In this document: positions 22,113 to 35,587 of the stretch, piece after piece | Numbering within the stretch: position 1 is the stretch's first letter | Layout: the number at the start of each line of letters is the position of its first letter | Origin: Lama guanicoe | Taxonomy: Eukaryota | DNA: 64,000 nt | Assembly: GCA_013239625.1 (NCBI GenBank) | Contig: MU053216.1 | Span: forward strand, 2,880,943-2,944,942 | Direction: 5' to 3' | The notes under the pieces: generated by a model | Database searches by the model: none | The model's input: the letters and a program-made list of their open reading frames with translations, nothing else | What the model was told of the DNA's origin: nothing | Program-made: the position numbers and the translations under genes

Positions 22113-22540
22113 AATTTTTTAACGGACGTGTAGTATTTACAATATTGCGTCAGTTTCTGGAGTACAGCATAGTGATTCGGTTATGCTACATATTTTTTTC
22201 ATGTATTTTTCATTATAGGTCATCACAAGCTATTGAACATGGCTCCCTGTGCTCTGCAGTAGGGCCTTGTTGTTCATCTGTTTTATAGACAGCAGTTCGT
22301 ACTTGCAAATCGCAAATTCTTAACTTATCCCCCCTCCCTTTTCCCCTTTGTAACTGTAAGTTTGTCTTCTTGTCTCTGTTTTAAAATAAGTTTGTGTTCC
22401 TTGATGACTATGAGATTTTTTTGAGATTCCTCATATAAGTGATATCATATAATATTTGTCTTTCTCTGCCTGACTTCTTTCACTTAATATGATAATCTCT
22501 AGGTCCATTCTGTTACTGCAAATGGCAGTATTTCACTCCT
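22113..22540 (-). mobile_element. L1 3' end (cetartiodactyl type)
   Basis: gtttctggagtacagcatagtgattc...gattcctcatataagtgatatcatataatatttgtctttctctgcctgact. Confidence 0.85.
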
Positions 22541-22599
22541 TCACAGAGACAAAGAGACGTCCAGCCCGTCCTCACACGCTCCCGTCCTCACACGTCTGC

Positions 22600-22760
22600 T
22601 ATCCCGGCTGAGGTCCCAGGTATGAGGCCAGGTGAGTCTTCTGAGCCGGGCCCTATCCAAGTTCCTGGTCCCTAGAAGGATGAGACATGATAGTAATAAA
22701 TTGTTTAAGCCCTAATTTGGGGGACAATTTGTTAAGCAACCATAGATGATGAAATAACAC
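22600..22760 (+). mobile_element. MaLR (MLT1) LTR 3' fragment
   Basis: aataaattgtttaagccctaatttggggacaattttgttaagcaaccatagat-type terminus. Confidence 0.6.
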
Positions 22761-23699
22761 TTATAACAAAACGGCAATAAAAAAATCTACCTTTAATATT
22801 TTTGAAAACTCAGCACCTATCACACTAGTCTTCACACTTACAAATGCCCACTTCCCTTGGGCCATCCGAATCAACAATTTTGATTGTGTTCATCAAAGTA
22901 AGTAGTTTCCTTGGTGCCATAGGTACAACTCCATTATCAAAATGAACAAAGTTTTCATTTAAAGTCACCCTGGAAGGTCTGAGTTGCGTTTGAATCAGAC
23001 TGAAGTAAGTGTTCTGATTTTGCCATGAGCACTTAGGCAATGAATGAAGTTCTCCACTTCCCAAATCTGGGTTTAAAGGAACAAGTGTTTCTTTCATACC
23101 CTCCACTAACAGACCTGGGAGTTTGTATCATCCAGTTGTAGCTCTCTTCCTTCTGGGACCCCACAGGGTGTGCCCCCCTCCCCGCCCTCAGCCCTGGGGC
23201 ACTGGGGAAGCTGACAGCCCAGCCCAGCCACGTGACTCCGGCCGGAGGCCGTAGAGGAGAGGGCGCGTCCTCCTGGCCACAGAGCCCCGTCAGAGTCAAT
23301 TTGGCTCAGGCAAAACTTTGGTATTTCTGAGAAAGAACTCTCACTCTTTTTTTTTTTTCTGGACTGAAATTTGAAAAAATAAAAAAGGCTGGAGTTAGCA
23401 CCTTTCTCCTGCTACCATTTATGATTCTAAACCTAAGTCAAAACAGCTGAAATGCAAGCGTGGGGATGGGAACGCAGAGATGTGGCAAACCACGATACGT
23501 TGGTCTGCCCCGTCTTCGGACGCCTAACCCAGCGACACCCCTTAGTGTTTATTCACCCTCAGGTTCGCTCCAAAATTACCTCTTTGCTGAAATCAGATTT
23601 CAGTCAAGTCTTGTGACAGCTGCGACAGGAAGCATCCTGAGTCACCACGGGGGGAAAGGCTTCCTTGCAGAGGACTGTTCCTGCATTTCCTCTTCCACT

Positions 23700-24400
23700 G
23701 ATACCTTTAGAATTACATCTAGCATATTCCAGGCACTGGGGACGGGACACACGAGCACAAAAATACGTAGGGGCAAAGTCCACAGCTACCAGAGCTCCCT
23801 GCCCAGCGGTGGAAACAGACGGACAAACAAATAATTCAAATGCACTGTGATAACAGTGCCACACACTGCGGCCTGAAGGAGGAAGTTATCCACTATGCCT
23901 GAGTGACAGCAGAAGGTGTGGAGATGCGAGCTGGTGGGGGAGGGGCAGCAGGTGACCCGCACCGCCCGGAGCTTCCCAGCAAAACTTCTGTTTGAAGAAC
24001 TGCACACATTTCCATTTCAAAGCATCAGAGTGTGCAGGGGGAGGAATTTGGAGAAACGGGCCCTGTTCAGGTCAGGAAAGGCCTTGGGTGTGACACCAGC
24101 AGTTTGGACCTCAGCCTGCGGGCACTGAAGGGTCACCAATGCCTTCCAAGCAGGGGCAGGAGATGCTAACATCTACTTTCGGTAACTCAGTCTGTCAGTA
24201 GCTTAGGCGATGTCACCCCGATGGCAGCCAGGACCAAGGAAAGGCCATGAGGCTGATGGTAGAAGCCAGAAGCCAGAAGCCAAAGAAGCTGAAGGTGTCT
24301 CTTTAGCACGTTTGGGACCGTCCGTAGGAGGGGGTGAGTGAGGACGCTCAGACGGCCCATCCCCATGAACGCATGCGAGTCAGGCCTGGGAGGCGGTTTG
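23700..24400 (-). mobile_element. LINE-2 relic
   Basis: tattccaggcactggggac; gggcactgaagggtcaccaatgccttccaagcaggggcaggagatg. Confidence 0.55.
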
Positions 24401-26429
24401 GGAGGCGCGGATGCAAGGAGAAGCTGCCTGTTCTGACTCAGTTCTAACAGCTCCTGTTCTGTATAATTTTGAAGTTTTTTTCTTCCTCTCTGCTACCCAC
24501 TTTCCATTTTCCCTCAAGAATGTACAATTTGATAACTTCCTTTTTAAAAAAAACTTCATCTTCTTATGTCACAGGCCTTCTAATAAACCTTTGTTTGTAC
24601 TTGCTCTCTGTCCCTGGCCCCCCTTCCTGCTCTCCCTCCCCCTTCTCTCTCTTCCTTCCTTCCTTTGTCTTTCCTTCTTTGTCTCTCTCTCAGGCACTGC
24701 GGCAGGGTTGGGGAGTGGAGTTAATGTGTGCGGCCGCACCACAGGGGAAGCCAGGAAGGCTTGTGGAGGAGAAGGTCCTTAAACCACCCCCCCCCGCCCT
24801 TTCAAGGCCAGGCCTCTCTGCACTGTGTCTGTGTGCCACCCTCCACCCAACACAGGGTATAGGAAGTGGCACCTCGGTCTCTAAGATGTAAAACAGCTAA
24901 TGGGGGGCTCAAGTGTCGCTCCCCACAAACGCCCCGGCTGCTTCTGATGTGGGCGGAAATGAGCTCAGCCTACAGTGCTCTGCTGGTCCCCCATCCCTAC
25001 CCCCGCGCCAGGCGGTGCAGCTGCAAAGCGTGTGCTGTGACCCTTGGGAGCCACAGAGCCGTGACTTGTGGGGCTAAGTCAGGAGCCAGCGGAGAACCGG
25101 AGGCATGGTGGCCTGAACCATAGGAAGGGGGTCCTGTCTCCCCATAGGATGCCCTCCCCACCCACAGCGCCTGCTCTGGGAGCAGCGCCTGCAGGGAGCT
25201 GAGAGCTCTTCCTTTGTGATGCACTGACAGCCTCCACTCTGCTGAGAGCCGGCTGAGCTGCCAACTCACAGGAAGTCAGCGGTTGGCTCCCCTTTTCACA
25301 ATACCTGCTCGCATGCAGCCTGGCCTCTCTGACTGCCTGTGAAGCCTCTCTGAAGGGACAGGGCAGCTAGCTCTGTCTCGACCCTGCCCTCCTGGACCTG
25401 GACCGATCTCCAGCAGCTGGTGGAGCGGCGCTGGGATCAGGAAGCAGCAGCCGGGCTCCCAGCACAGCTTCCCCCCAGATGATGCCAGCACCAAGCTCCC
25501 AGCCGGGGAGCCGAGTTCAACGCCAGGCAGAGCCCCCCAGGTCCTGGCGGAGGCAGGTTAGCAGAAGTGACAAGATCAAGGCTCATTATGTGTCCAGGCG
25601 CAGTGTGGACAGCATCCCCGCCCCCACACCCCGACACAGACAGGGCTCACCCCCATCTCTGCCCTCAACCAACATGCACCTCCTTCCTCTGGATGGAGTC
25701 CTTCTCCATTTAAATAAGAAGGTACAATCTGAGGACACTTCGACTGGGTTGAAGTATCTATTAAGCCCAGAAACAGACGAGTGAGGAGAGAGGGCACCCC
25801 GGTTACCATGACGCCGTGGTCCGTTTAATAGTGACGTGATGACTGCAAAGGAAAATGGGGAGGGGCGTTGAATAGGACACTATCAATGGCAAAACTGACT
25901 TGTCTCAAGTGTCTGGCGAAGAAAAGTATGTATTCTAATCCTAGTCACTGATTAAAGACAACCGAAGGAACTCAGTTCCTCCTGCTGGAGTCATCCTTGT
26001 GATCTCAGCAGAGTCAACCAATAAAATCCCAGCAAGCTAGCTTTCTTCTTTCTTTTTCTTTTCTTGTCTTTTTTTTTTTGTCTATTATAATCTTTGTTTC
26101 TTTGAAATACAAGAACCAGGACCATGGTTTACTGTGCTTGAAGACAGTGATACTCTGCCCAGTGGTCCGGGGTGGTGGTTTTAAAGGATGTAAACGATTC
26201 TAGGGTTTCTGAACAAAGAAGTGAGTCCCACAAACAGGAGGAGCTTCCATGCCAGTGGTAGAAACAGCTGTTTTGGCTTGAAGCATACAAACGTTAACAC
26301 TGGAGACAGCAGACATTTACCACAAATAAAGTGTAAAGAAGATTATGTGCAAAACTGCACATGGTTGTGTGTCCTACTGTAATTAAAGAGAAATTGTTTC
26401 CTAGCTTTAGAAAGTTGACTTTAAAAAAA

Positions 26430-26770
26430 GGCAATTCTCTATATTAAATGATATTAGGGATTATATTGTAATTTTGGTAGGTATGTGGTAATAATATGAT
26501 GATGATATGAAAGTGGATGTAGAAAAATATTCATAATTTTGTACATGCTGGCTGAATTCTTTAGGAGCAAACTGTCAAATGATGTTTTTATAATGCTCAG
26601 GAAAAAAAGTGGAAGAGATTAAACCAAGAGATTGCTGGATAGGCAGACAGACAAAGAAAATAAAGCAAAATGCTAAAAATTGGTGAATGCAGGTGAGGGA
26701 TATGGGTGATCAGCATACAATTCTTTTCTTTTTATTTGTGTTTAAAATTTCATAATACAACTTTTTTTAA
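26430..26770 (+). mobile_element. Old L1 (L1MC/ME-like) 3'UTR
   Basis: aaagcaaaatgctaaaaattggtgaatgcaggtgagggatatgggtg...tgtttaaaatttcataata. Confidence 0.65.
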
Positions 26771-27076
26771 AAGAATGTAGGTAACCAACATGCAAATTTA
26801 GCTCTCAGGCTTGGCTTCCAATTAATAATATCTTACTACAGCTATTTGATATTCACCCTCTGAAATATTACCACTCAGTGTTACCTTATTCAGTAGCATC
26901 CACTTTGCTACTATGTTAAAAACATGTGCCACTGAAGCTCAGTGAAAAAGGTCACTCCCAAATACACATTCACAGGCAAATTTCTCCATCGTCCTATAAA
27001 ATGACTCTGTTTATTGATGGATGTAAAGAAAGGTTCTGTAGAGCACATTTTGTAAGAGTTCGTTGGTATAAAACTC

Positions 27077-27120
27077 TGTGTGTGTGTCTGTGTGTGTGTG
27101 TGTGTGTCTGCGGGTGTGTG
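27077..27120. repeat. Interrupted (TG)n microsatellite
   Basis: Directly visible. Confidence 0.9.
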
Positions 27121-28309
27121 AACACAAATGTGTTCATAGAAATGACCAGAAGTACATTTGCCAAGAAGCAAGCAGTGACCACCTCTGAGTGCTGGGCTGT
27201 CGGCGAGGTCATTCTCTTCCTTATATGTGTTTCTCTCGCTTGGTTTTTTGTAATGAGTGTTTTATCATTTTAAAACACAAAAGACTAAGAAAGCAAAAGA
27301 TTTCTTTTGGACTTTAATCGCATGGACTTTAATCATGTCCTATTTAAGAAATACATGGACCTGTTAACTAGAAACATATTCTGTGCACAGAGTGTACAGG
27401 CATGGTACTGAGTTCTGCAAGAAAAATGCAAAGGCACTGAGCTATTTTTAGGTTGTACTTACACTCATATTTCTTTTCCTTTTCCAGTTAGGATGGTACC
27501 TGAGTGTGTGGTTTTTATTTCAGAGAGTTTGAAATTGTAATAAACAACGTTCTCCAACACTGTATGTTCCTCTCTACCTAAGGAAAGAATTATTCATCTC
27601 CTGTTGGCAAGCTAAACCATAAGAGAAATCAAACAGGCTATTACATTTTCAATGAAAACCCTTTCTACTCATTTAAATTATCACCAGCAAGGCAAGTTCG
27701 TGCATTTCCACAGACCTACCCTTTGACTTTGACTCCCACTTCACGGTGTGTAAGTTGCACAAACATCGTTTTCATTTGATGGACGTAATTACGCAATTGA
27801 GTTAACTCAAAATCACATCATTGTGAAGCGTATACTTTCCCTCATCAGGCTCATTACGGTGATGAAACTTATTCTTAATTGTTAACGTCTACAGCCATGT
27901 TTATTAGATGTTTGCTGTGGCTAGACTTGGACCCCACCTACAAAGTGGTTCATTTAAATATTTTTAAAAATGAGTAATTTGCGATGAGCAGAACATGATA
28001 AGAGCTGTTGCCTGGAGAGGACAGTGATGACTTCCTTACCTTCTTCCTTTGTGGATTAGAACCTGCTCAGCGCCATTCAAGCCAATGTACTCAGGGTAGC
28101 ACATGCAGCATAGAGCGAAACGACCCAGTTCCTGGTGCCTTTCCTTATGGTTGCTTTCATTCATCCTTCTGAACTAACTTCTTTCATTTTAATTTCTCTT
28201 AAAAGACTAGAAGACTGTGTGCTCCCTTAGGGCCTATATTTTTACAAAACAATAACATGCTGAAAGTGCATAATGGATGCCTTCCCTAAACAAGACATCA
28301 ACTGTCCTC

Positions 28310-30520
28310 TAACATATATTTTAGTCGAAGGCAAACAATTCGAATTCAGCTTGATGAATTTTCACAAAGTTAATAGGAAGTTAATTTTCACAAAGGTAAG
28401 ACATACCCAAGTCAAGAAACAGACCATCAGCAACACTTCCAGCCCCGCCTTGTGCTCGCTTCCAGGTATTTCCCTGCCAAGGTCTTCGCTACCTTGACTC
28501 TAGCACATAGGTTATTTTTCTCCTGTATCTGAATTTTACGTAAATGATACACAATTTATTTTCTGTGTGGGGCTTCTATCACTCCTCACTGTATTTTTGA
28601 GATTCATTCATGTTGCACTGTGCTATTTTTAGCTTGTTCATTCTGCTTGTGGTATAGAATCTCACACCCAGATATATTGATTTTGTTTATTCCTTCAGCT
28701 GTTGATAGACACCAGGCTTCTTTCGAGTTTTTGGCTATTGCAAATAATGCTGCTGTAATACTCTGGTGCATATCTTTTGGTGAGCATACATGCATTTTCT
28801 TACAAGAATTAGCCTAGGAGTAGAATTGCTGGGTCATACGGTATGCCTATATGGTATGCCTATGCTCAGCTTAATTGTTGTCAAAAATATTTCCAAAGTG
28901 ATTGTACCAATTTACACCCCTATCAGAAGTATATGAGTATTCTAACCGCTCCCAGTTCTCACCTTCCCTCTTCTGCCCTCCCCATTTCCTTTCTATTTTA
29001 GTTATTCCAATGGGAGTGTAATAGTATCACATCATGCTTTTTAATCTGTGTTTCCCTGATGAAGAATTAAATTGAACACTTTTTGTAAGTCTGTTGACCA
29101 TTTACTATTCTCTTTTGTAAAGTGCATGTCAGCCTTTTATCCATTTTTTCGAGTTGTTCTTCCCTTCCTGGTTGATTTGTAGAAACCCTTTCAGTGTTGC
29201 AGAGGTAAGACTTTGTCAGATGTATGTACTGCCAATTATTTTCTCTCACCACGTGGCTTGACTTTTTAATCCCTCAACGGTGTTTTTTTAGTGAGCAAAA
29301 TTTTTCCTTCTTAATGTCATCCAATTTTCCATTTTTTCTCATTTTTTATTTCATTCATTTATTGATTCATTCATCTATTTTATTCATTTTGTACTTTTCC
29401 TTCTATGAACTTTTGGGTCCTGTTTAAAAGTGTTGCCTATCTGAAGTTCATGAAGTTCTCGAATAGCTATTATTTAACTCTTGATATTCAGATCTATAAT
29501 CCCTGTGAAATTGCTCTTCGTCCATGGTATTCAAGTACGGGTCAGAATATTGTATTCTACATGGGTATACAACTGACCCAGCCCCATTTATTGAAAAAAC
29601 AATTACTAAAACTGCAGTGACACCTTTGTCATAAATTGTTACACAGTTAACGTTTGGGTCTTTTTCTGGACTCTATTCAGCTCTTTGGGCAGTTTATTCT
29701 TATACCAATACTGCACTGGCTTAATTACTGTCCTTTTAGGAAAAAACAATGATACACAAAAATGTAAGACATTCAGTGTTGCCCCACAAGATTATCTTGA
29801 CGAATGCTGGTCCTTTGCATTTCCACATACGTTTTAAGAAGAGTTTGGCAATTTTCTGAAAATATCTTCTGAGATTTTGATTGAGATTTCATTAGATAGA
29901 TCAATTTTAAGATAATTTATATCTTTAAATTATTTGTCTCCCAAATCATGAATATAGTATGTATCTCCATTTATTTAGATAGTCAGTTTTTCTCAGGGAT
30001 GGTCTGTTGTTTTAACTGTCGGTGTCTTGCACAATTTTATTAGATGCATTTCTAAATATTTAATGCGATTTGATACTACTGTAAGTTGCATTGTGTTTTT
30101 ACTTTCACTTTCTATTTGCTTGCTCCTGATACTTAGAAATGAGGTTGGTTTTTGTATAATGACCTCATATTCAGCAACCGTAGTTTCAACGTTGATAAAG
30201 TCACTTGTAAATTTTAGCAATTTGTAGATTCATTTAGATTTTCTATATACTTGACCATTTTTCTTTCATAAGACATAGCCTTATGCCTTTTATTTCTTGT
30301 CTTGACTTACTGCACTAGGATGGACCTCCAGCATCCAATTTTGAGAGTTTTGTTAATTTTCTCACCCATATTTATTTTCTACGTAATTGATCTGTTGTTT
30401 TGCTTTTACATATATTACTTCCTTTCTAGTATGGTCCTTTGGTTTGATTCACTATTTCGTTTCTAGTTTCTTGGGATGGAAGCTTAGATCTTCGGTTTTC
30501 AGCATCCAAGATTGTTTAAA
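28310..30520 (-). mobile_element. Old L1 (L1M type) 3'UTR and decayed ORF2 fragments
   Basis: Antisense L1 hallmarks: ttggctattgcaaataatgctgctg, ctaggagtagaattgctgggtcatacggta, ttccaaagtgattgtaccaatttaca, ggtcctttgcatttcca. Confidence 0.85.
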
Positions 30521-31534
30521 ACACCAGCGTTACTCATTTATATTACCTCCTTCATCTCCAACAGCACTTGGCTTTAAAATCCTTTAAATGGCCCTTAATT
30601 TGTCTAAGATCAGTGTGACACATTTATAAGTTAATAGGAGGTAAAAGAGCAAAGATTCAAATCCATCCTGTCTTACTCCCAAGTCCATCATCTTCCTTCT
30701 CATATAGAGTTGATTCTATAATCCTTTAGACAGAAGAAAGAGATCACAGGGAAGCAGAGATAGAAGAAAGGAACAGTGTTCGAGGCATCCTTCCTGCGAA
30801 ACACAAAGCAGCTTCGGGAGGAGACAGGAGGTGAGGGGTCCAGCAGAGCTGCGTGCAGGCGCATCCTAAGTCTGTGACCTCCGAGGAGTCTTTCTGCCTC
30901 TGCGGCCACTGTGTCCTCATCTGTAACACAGGAAGCAAGGACTCGCCATTCCTCAGGCTGCTTTCCATTCTAACAGCAGAGTCTCAAAGAGGAAACAATG
31001 ATCAATAATACTAAATGTTACAGAACAGTTAAAAAAATACAGTGTACAAATGGGCAATGCACTTTTTTAAATCAAGTAATCATTGTATTGCTGAAAATAG
31101 GAGCCAAATTACAACCATTTTTAAATCAGATGGTTTTTATGTCTTTATCAAGTGGATGGAGAACTCTGTGCAGAAACACATGTTGCATGGCATAGCACAG
31201 TTAAGAAAAGTCACAGCAGGGGTCAGAAGCATAGACCTCGTCAGCCTGAGAGCCACACTGGGTTTCCTGGGTCCCCTTTTTCACTGCTCAAGAGCCACAG
31301 ATGTAAGACAGGGTCGATCAAGAAAGATTACAACAAAAAGTGAAAACTTAAGTTCATTAATCTGGTTTCCAACATCAAAAGAGTACCTGGAAAGAATCTG
31401 TATTAAAAAAGTCTAAGATAAGCCACATCTTATCCAGACAAGACAAACTTCAATATGACAAGTCGTCACACAAAGATGATTCATCAGACAGTTGTGACAA
31501 AACCCCCTCAGTGACCTGGGCTTTTCATCTATGA

Positions 31535-32340
31535 CATTTTAGGGGCAAATACAAATTAAACGTAAGCGTTTACTGCTCCCTGTTGAAAGTAAGGGAAAAG
31601 GCTTCCCTCCCCTCCTTCTTCTTAAAGCATTTACCTTGGAAAATTTTTCATGTTAAGTGCATTCTCCTCTCTTTGAAACATGTCTACACATCCTTTCGAA
31701 AACAAGATAGATCTTCTGTCAGTTTCATGAGCAGGACTCTCTCTCAGGCACCTTATCTTTGACAGGTAGCATCAAGGCATGCAGCTCCCCAATCTCCCAG
31801 TTTCCATGGGAGGGTAGAAACCCAGCTGCAGTGAATACCTTGCTCCAGATTCAAAACTACCTCTTTTTGGGGAGTGGATATAGCTTGGTGGTAGAGTGCA
31901 TGCTTAGCATGCATGAGGTCCAGGGTTCAATCCCCAGCACTTGCATTAAAAAGCACTAAAGCTACATACATCCTGCCATAAAGAGAGTAGACATGGGTTT
32001 TTCCTCTGGAGAAAGTTAATCAGCCAACCTAGATGGTGACTCCATTATCACGGTAAACTCACAGTGAACTCTGTGTGACTGCTGAGTGCGCAGACTTGAG
32101 GACTAGTTGTGCCTTTCTTTGAATCTGAAAGACAAGCCCGTGGTGGGTTGTGTCTGTCTGGCTGTATCAGGAGATGAGGCTTCTTTGTCTCGCAATTTCT
32201 TGGCAGATGGTCTGTGACACACATCACATTCTTATTCAATAATGCTTATTCAACAATAGAAGTGTTTCCTCTCTCTGCTACCTTTGTGGAGAGGGTTTCT
32301 GGGTCTGAAGATAGTTTTGTTTTGATTTATATTTGCCAGA
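31535..32340 (+). mobile_element. ERV1-class solo LTR (MER34-like), interrupted by a SINE
   Basis: ctccctgttgaaagtaagggaa, ctctttgaaacatg, tctcccagtttccatgggagggtagaaaccc and ctacctttgtggagagggtttctggg resemble recalled MER34-group LTRs. Confidence 0.65.
31869..31953 (+). mobile_element. tRNA-derived SINE (vic-1-like) nested in the LTR
   Basis: ggggagtggatatagcttggtggtagagtgcatgcttagcatgcatgaggtccagggttcaatccccagcac plus A tail. Confidence 0.9.
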
Positions 32341-32479
32341 TGCATTTCAGGGTTGAATCTAAAACTCAACCATCTAAGACTTGAGAGCATATTCCAAGAC
32401 ACAGAACCTCCCTGCCAGCCTAGACTCTTTCGACATCTGTTTCCAACAAGTTAAGAGGATCACTGGCTGGATGTGGATT

Positions 32480-32995
32480 GTCCTGGGAGGAGCGAGACGG
32501 TGCTCACAAGACCCAAACTCCCCAGAGGCTTTCAGGGGAAGGATCTCAAAGACAGGGTGAGGGAGGGGCTGTGGGGCATGTGACCAGCTCATGGCCGTTC
32601 TACTGACGGGTGGGTGGGGAGGTCATCAGGAGGCAGCACCATCAACCTTTTGGTTCCAACCGGCCTGGGGTCTCTGCGCTGGTGGCCAGCATGAGGTTAA
32701 CTCCTTCCACCCCATGCGGGTCCTCGTATCTGCGAAACAGCTCAAAAGACGTGACTCAGAATCCTACCTACAGCCCTGAGGAGGCTCTAAAGGCCCTGGA
32801 CTTAGTTTGATGGCTAAACTATCATTGTTTTGTCTTGCTTCACTGTTTTCCTTCTCTCTGCACTGTCTCCCTTCTGATTAGATGTTTTCTTTGGAAGCCT
32901 AGGAGACTAAAGTCTTTTGGAGGACAAGAAGCAGGCGAAGGACATGGAGCGGGGAGGTCTGTTCTGGGAGGGCCCCGTGGGGTCCTGAGAGGAGT
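32480..32995 (-). mobile_element. ERV1 solo LTR of a laurasiatherian MER41-related group
   Basis: gtgctcacaagacccaaactccccagaggctttcaggggaagg...gtgaccagctcatgg...catcaaccttttggttccaaccggcctggggtct resembles ungulate ERV1 LTRs as I recall them. Confidence 0.6.
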
Positions 32996-34543
32996 GGATG
33001 GCTGCAGGGAGCTCTTTCATCCCACACAGGGGACCAGTGGAGCCCAGTCATGGTTCTCCTATAAGATCACAGCTGATGGCGAATTATCATCTGATCTGGA
33101 GGCTGAATCACATTTCTGGAGTTCCGTGCCTGGGTAGTACCTGGAACAGCAACTTTAGAATTCTCTTTTTCACTTCACCTGACTTCGCTGGAGTGGCCTT
33201 TGTCTCCTGAAGGGGTGATGAGAGCGCGGGGGTGGAGGCGGTAACAGCGCTGCCCCTGTCAGTACTGCAGGCAAGTGATCATCACAGCCCGCGGACGGCT
33301 CCTCAGCCCACGTCATAAAGCAACATGTCTTAAAAGTCTTTAACAACAAAGTCAACTAGTATGAACAGGACCAGAGGTAGCTCTTCCGTTTTCCCGGCAG
33401 GTGCTGTCACCTGTTTTACATGACGTGGCCAGCGCTGATCTGACGGACAGAAGGCCTTCAAGTACTGTGTTCAGCGCTGTGCTTCCCCTGCACTAACCGG
33501 AGAGCGGTGAGGTGCATCTCCCCCCGGCACAAAGACGATTTTTATGCAGTGAAAAAAGAAACTGATATCTGGGAACTTGCTAAATTTGGGGGGAAAATCA
33601 TTTATTTTAGCACTTCCAAATATAAAAGAAAATATAAATACTTAAAGAAAATGCCCAAAGCCTGATGTACATAAAGTACATTTTGAACCTTGTGTCATGC
33701 ACAACGCTGACCACCTAAGAGAGAGCAAAATAGGGCCCTTACATAATGATCCACGTTGACTCCAGCCTGGGAGGCTGAGTTTAAATTTCATGGGATCAGA
33801 CCCTCAGTTTAGCCAAAACAAACAAACAAACAAACAAAAACGGTTCACAAAACTTAACACAAAATGATTTGGAATATGTATTTTCCTAAATAATCTTAAT
33901 TTCAAGATTTTGGCTTTTTTATACTCAAACTTGCAATATGAAAATGCAAGCAGGTAGTTTAAAAAAAACAACTAGAAAACAGCAAAAACAAACTTATGAG
34001 ATACTCACTTCTATTTGTAAGTGAGGATTAATAAATGAGGTTCTGAGGTTTGAACTAGGTGTCCTGAAGTTGTAATAGTCCTGGTTCATTTGAAGCATTT
34101 AACACTTTTCCATCTAATACAGCATTTATGACATAAAGGGGTTTAAAAAGCGCTGCTGCTGACGTTATAGTTAAAGCGGCCGTGTCTGGTTTATACAAGA
34201 TAACTTGTTCATTGATGAGCTCCAGTGATTGCTCTGTATTTTGAGATTGACATTCTTTTGTTTATTACTCCTAACTTTATTATAATTAAATTAATTTTCC
34301 CTTTTGGACAAAGAGGTACTCTTCAGGCAGTATGACTGAGTGACTAGGTGTGAGTTTGACTAATTTCATACTCAAGATCTGTAACAATTATCTTCAAAAG
34401 TTCCAGAAAGTTTGAAGCAAAAGCTTTTGACTCTCCGAATTATTGTGGAGTTTCCTTAAGTAGATGGACTATGTACTTGACATATTCATTGTTCAATAAA
34501 AGACAAGCATTGGGTGCACTTATGTCCTCGACACCAGATCGGG

Positions 34544-34766
34544 CCAGGATTTCTCAGGTTTGCACCATCAGCATTGCGCTTGGATAACTGTTGTGAGGGC
34601 CGGTCCTGAGCATGGGCCCACGTTCGACAGCGTTCCCGGCTTCTTCCCACTAGAAGCCAGGAAGACTTCCCCGTTGTAACAACCAGGAGTGTCTCCAGGG
34701 AGTGTCAGCTGTCCTGGGGGGAGGGTAGGGGTGGGAGGGTAAATTTGCCCCCAGTTGATAGCCCTG
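34544..34766 (-). mobile_element. hAT-Charlie MER20-like element
   Basis: caggatttctca...cccactagaagccag...gttgtaacaaccaggagtgtctccag...tgcccccagttgatagccctg is the reverse complement of the recalled MER20 layout. Confidence 0.75.
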
Positions 34767-34870
34767 TATCGGGCATTAGGAAGTTTAAAAAGTAAACGAG
34801 ACACAGTAGCGCAGAGCACTCGCTGCCACCTGGCACTGGTTCACAGCTGCTTTCAGTTCACGTAGGACTT

Positions 34871-35587
34871 TTTTTTTTTAATTGGAGTACACTCAGTTAC
34901 AACGTGTCAGGCATGCATATACATACACATATTTGTTTTCATATTCTTTTTCATTAAAGGTTATTACAATATACTGACTATAGTTTCCTGTGCTATATAG
35001 AAGAAATTTTTTATCTATTTTTATATATAGTGACTAACATTTGCAAATCTCAAACTCCCAGATTTATCCCTTCCCATCCGCTTTCACCAGTAACCATAAG
35101 ATTGTTTACTATGACAGCCAGTCTATTTGTTTTGTAGATGAGTTCATTAGTGTCCTCTTTTTTTCCTTTTCCTTTTTTTTTTAGATTCCACATATGAGTG
35201 ATATCATATAGTATTTTTCTTTCTCTTTCTGGTTTACTTCACTTAGAATGATGATCTCTAGGTTCATCCATGTTGCTGTAAATAGCATTATTTCATTCTT
35301 TTTTGTGGCTGAGTAGTATTCCGTTGTATAAATACACAGCAGCTTCTTTATCCAGACATCTGTCGATGGACACTTAGGTTGCTTCCATGTCTTGGCTACT
35401 GAGTACTATGAACATTGGGGTGCACGTATCTTTTTGAATTAGGGTTCCCTCTGGATATATGCCCCAGCGTGTGGAGAAAAGGGAGCCCTCCTACACTGCT
35501 GGTGGGAACGCAGTTTGGTGCAGCCATTATGGAAAACAGCACGGAGATTCCTCAAAAAACTAAAAGCTTTACCATATGACCCAGCCA
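34871..35587 (-). mobile_element. L1 insertion with 5' inversion (antisense 34871-35468, sense 35469-35587)
   Basis: polyT + antisense 3'UTR/ORF2 end, switching at ~35468 to sense gtgtggagaaaagggagccctcctacactg. Flanked by tcacgtaggactt and tcacgtaggtctt. Confidence 0.9.
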
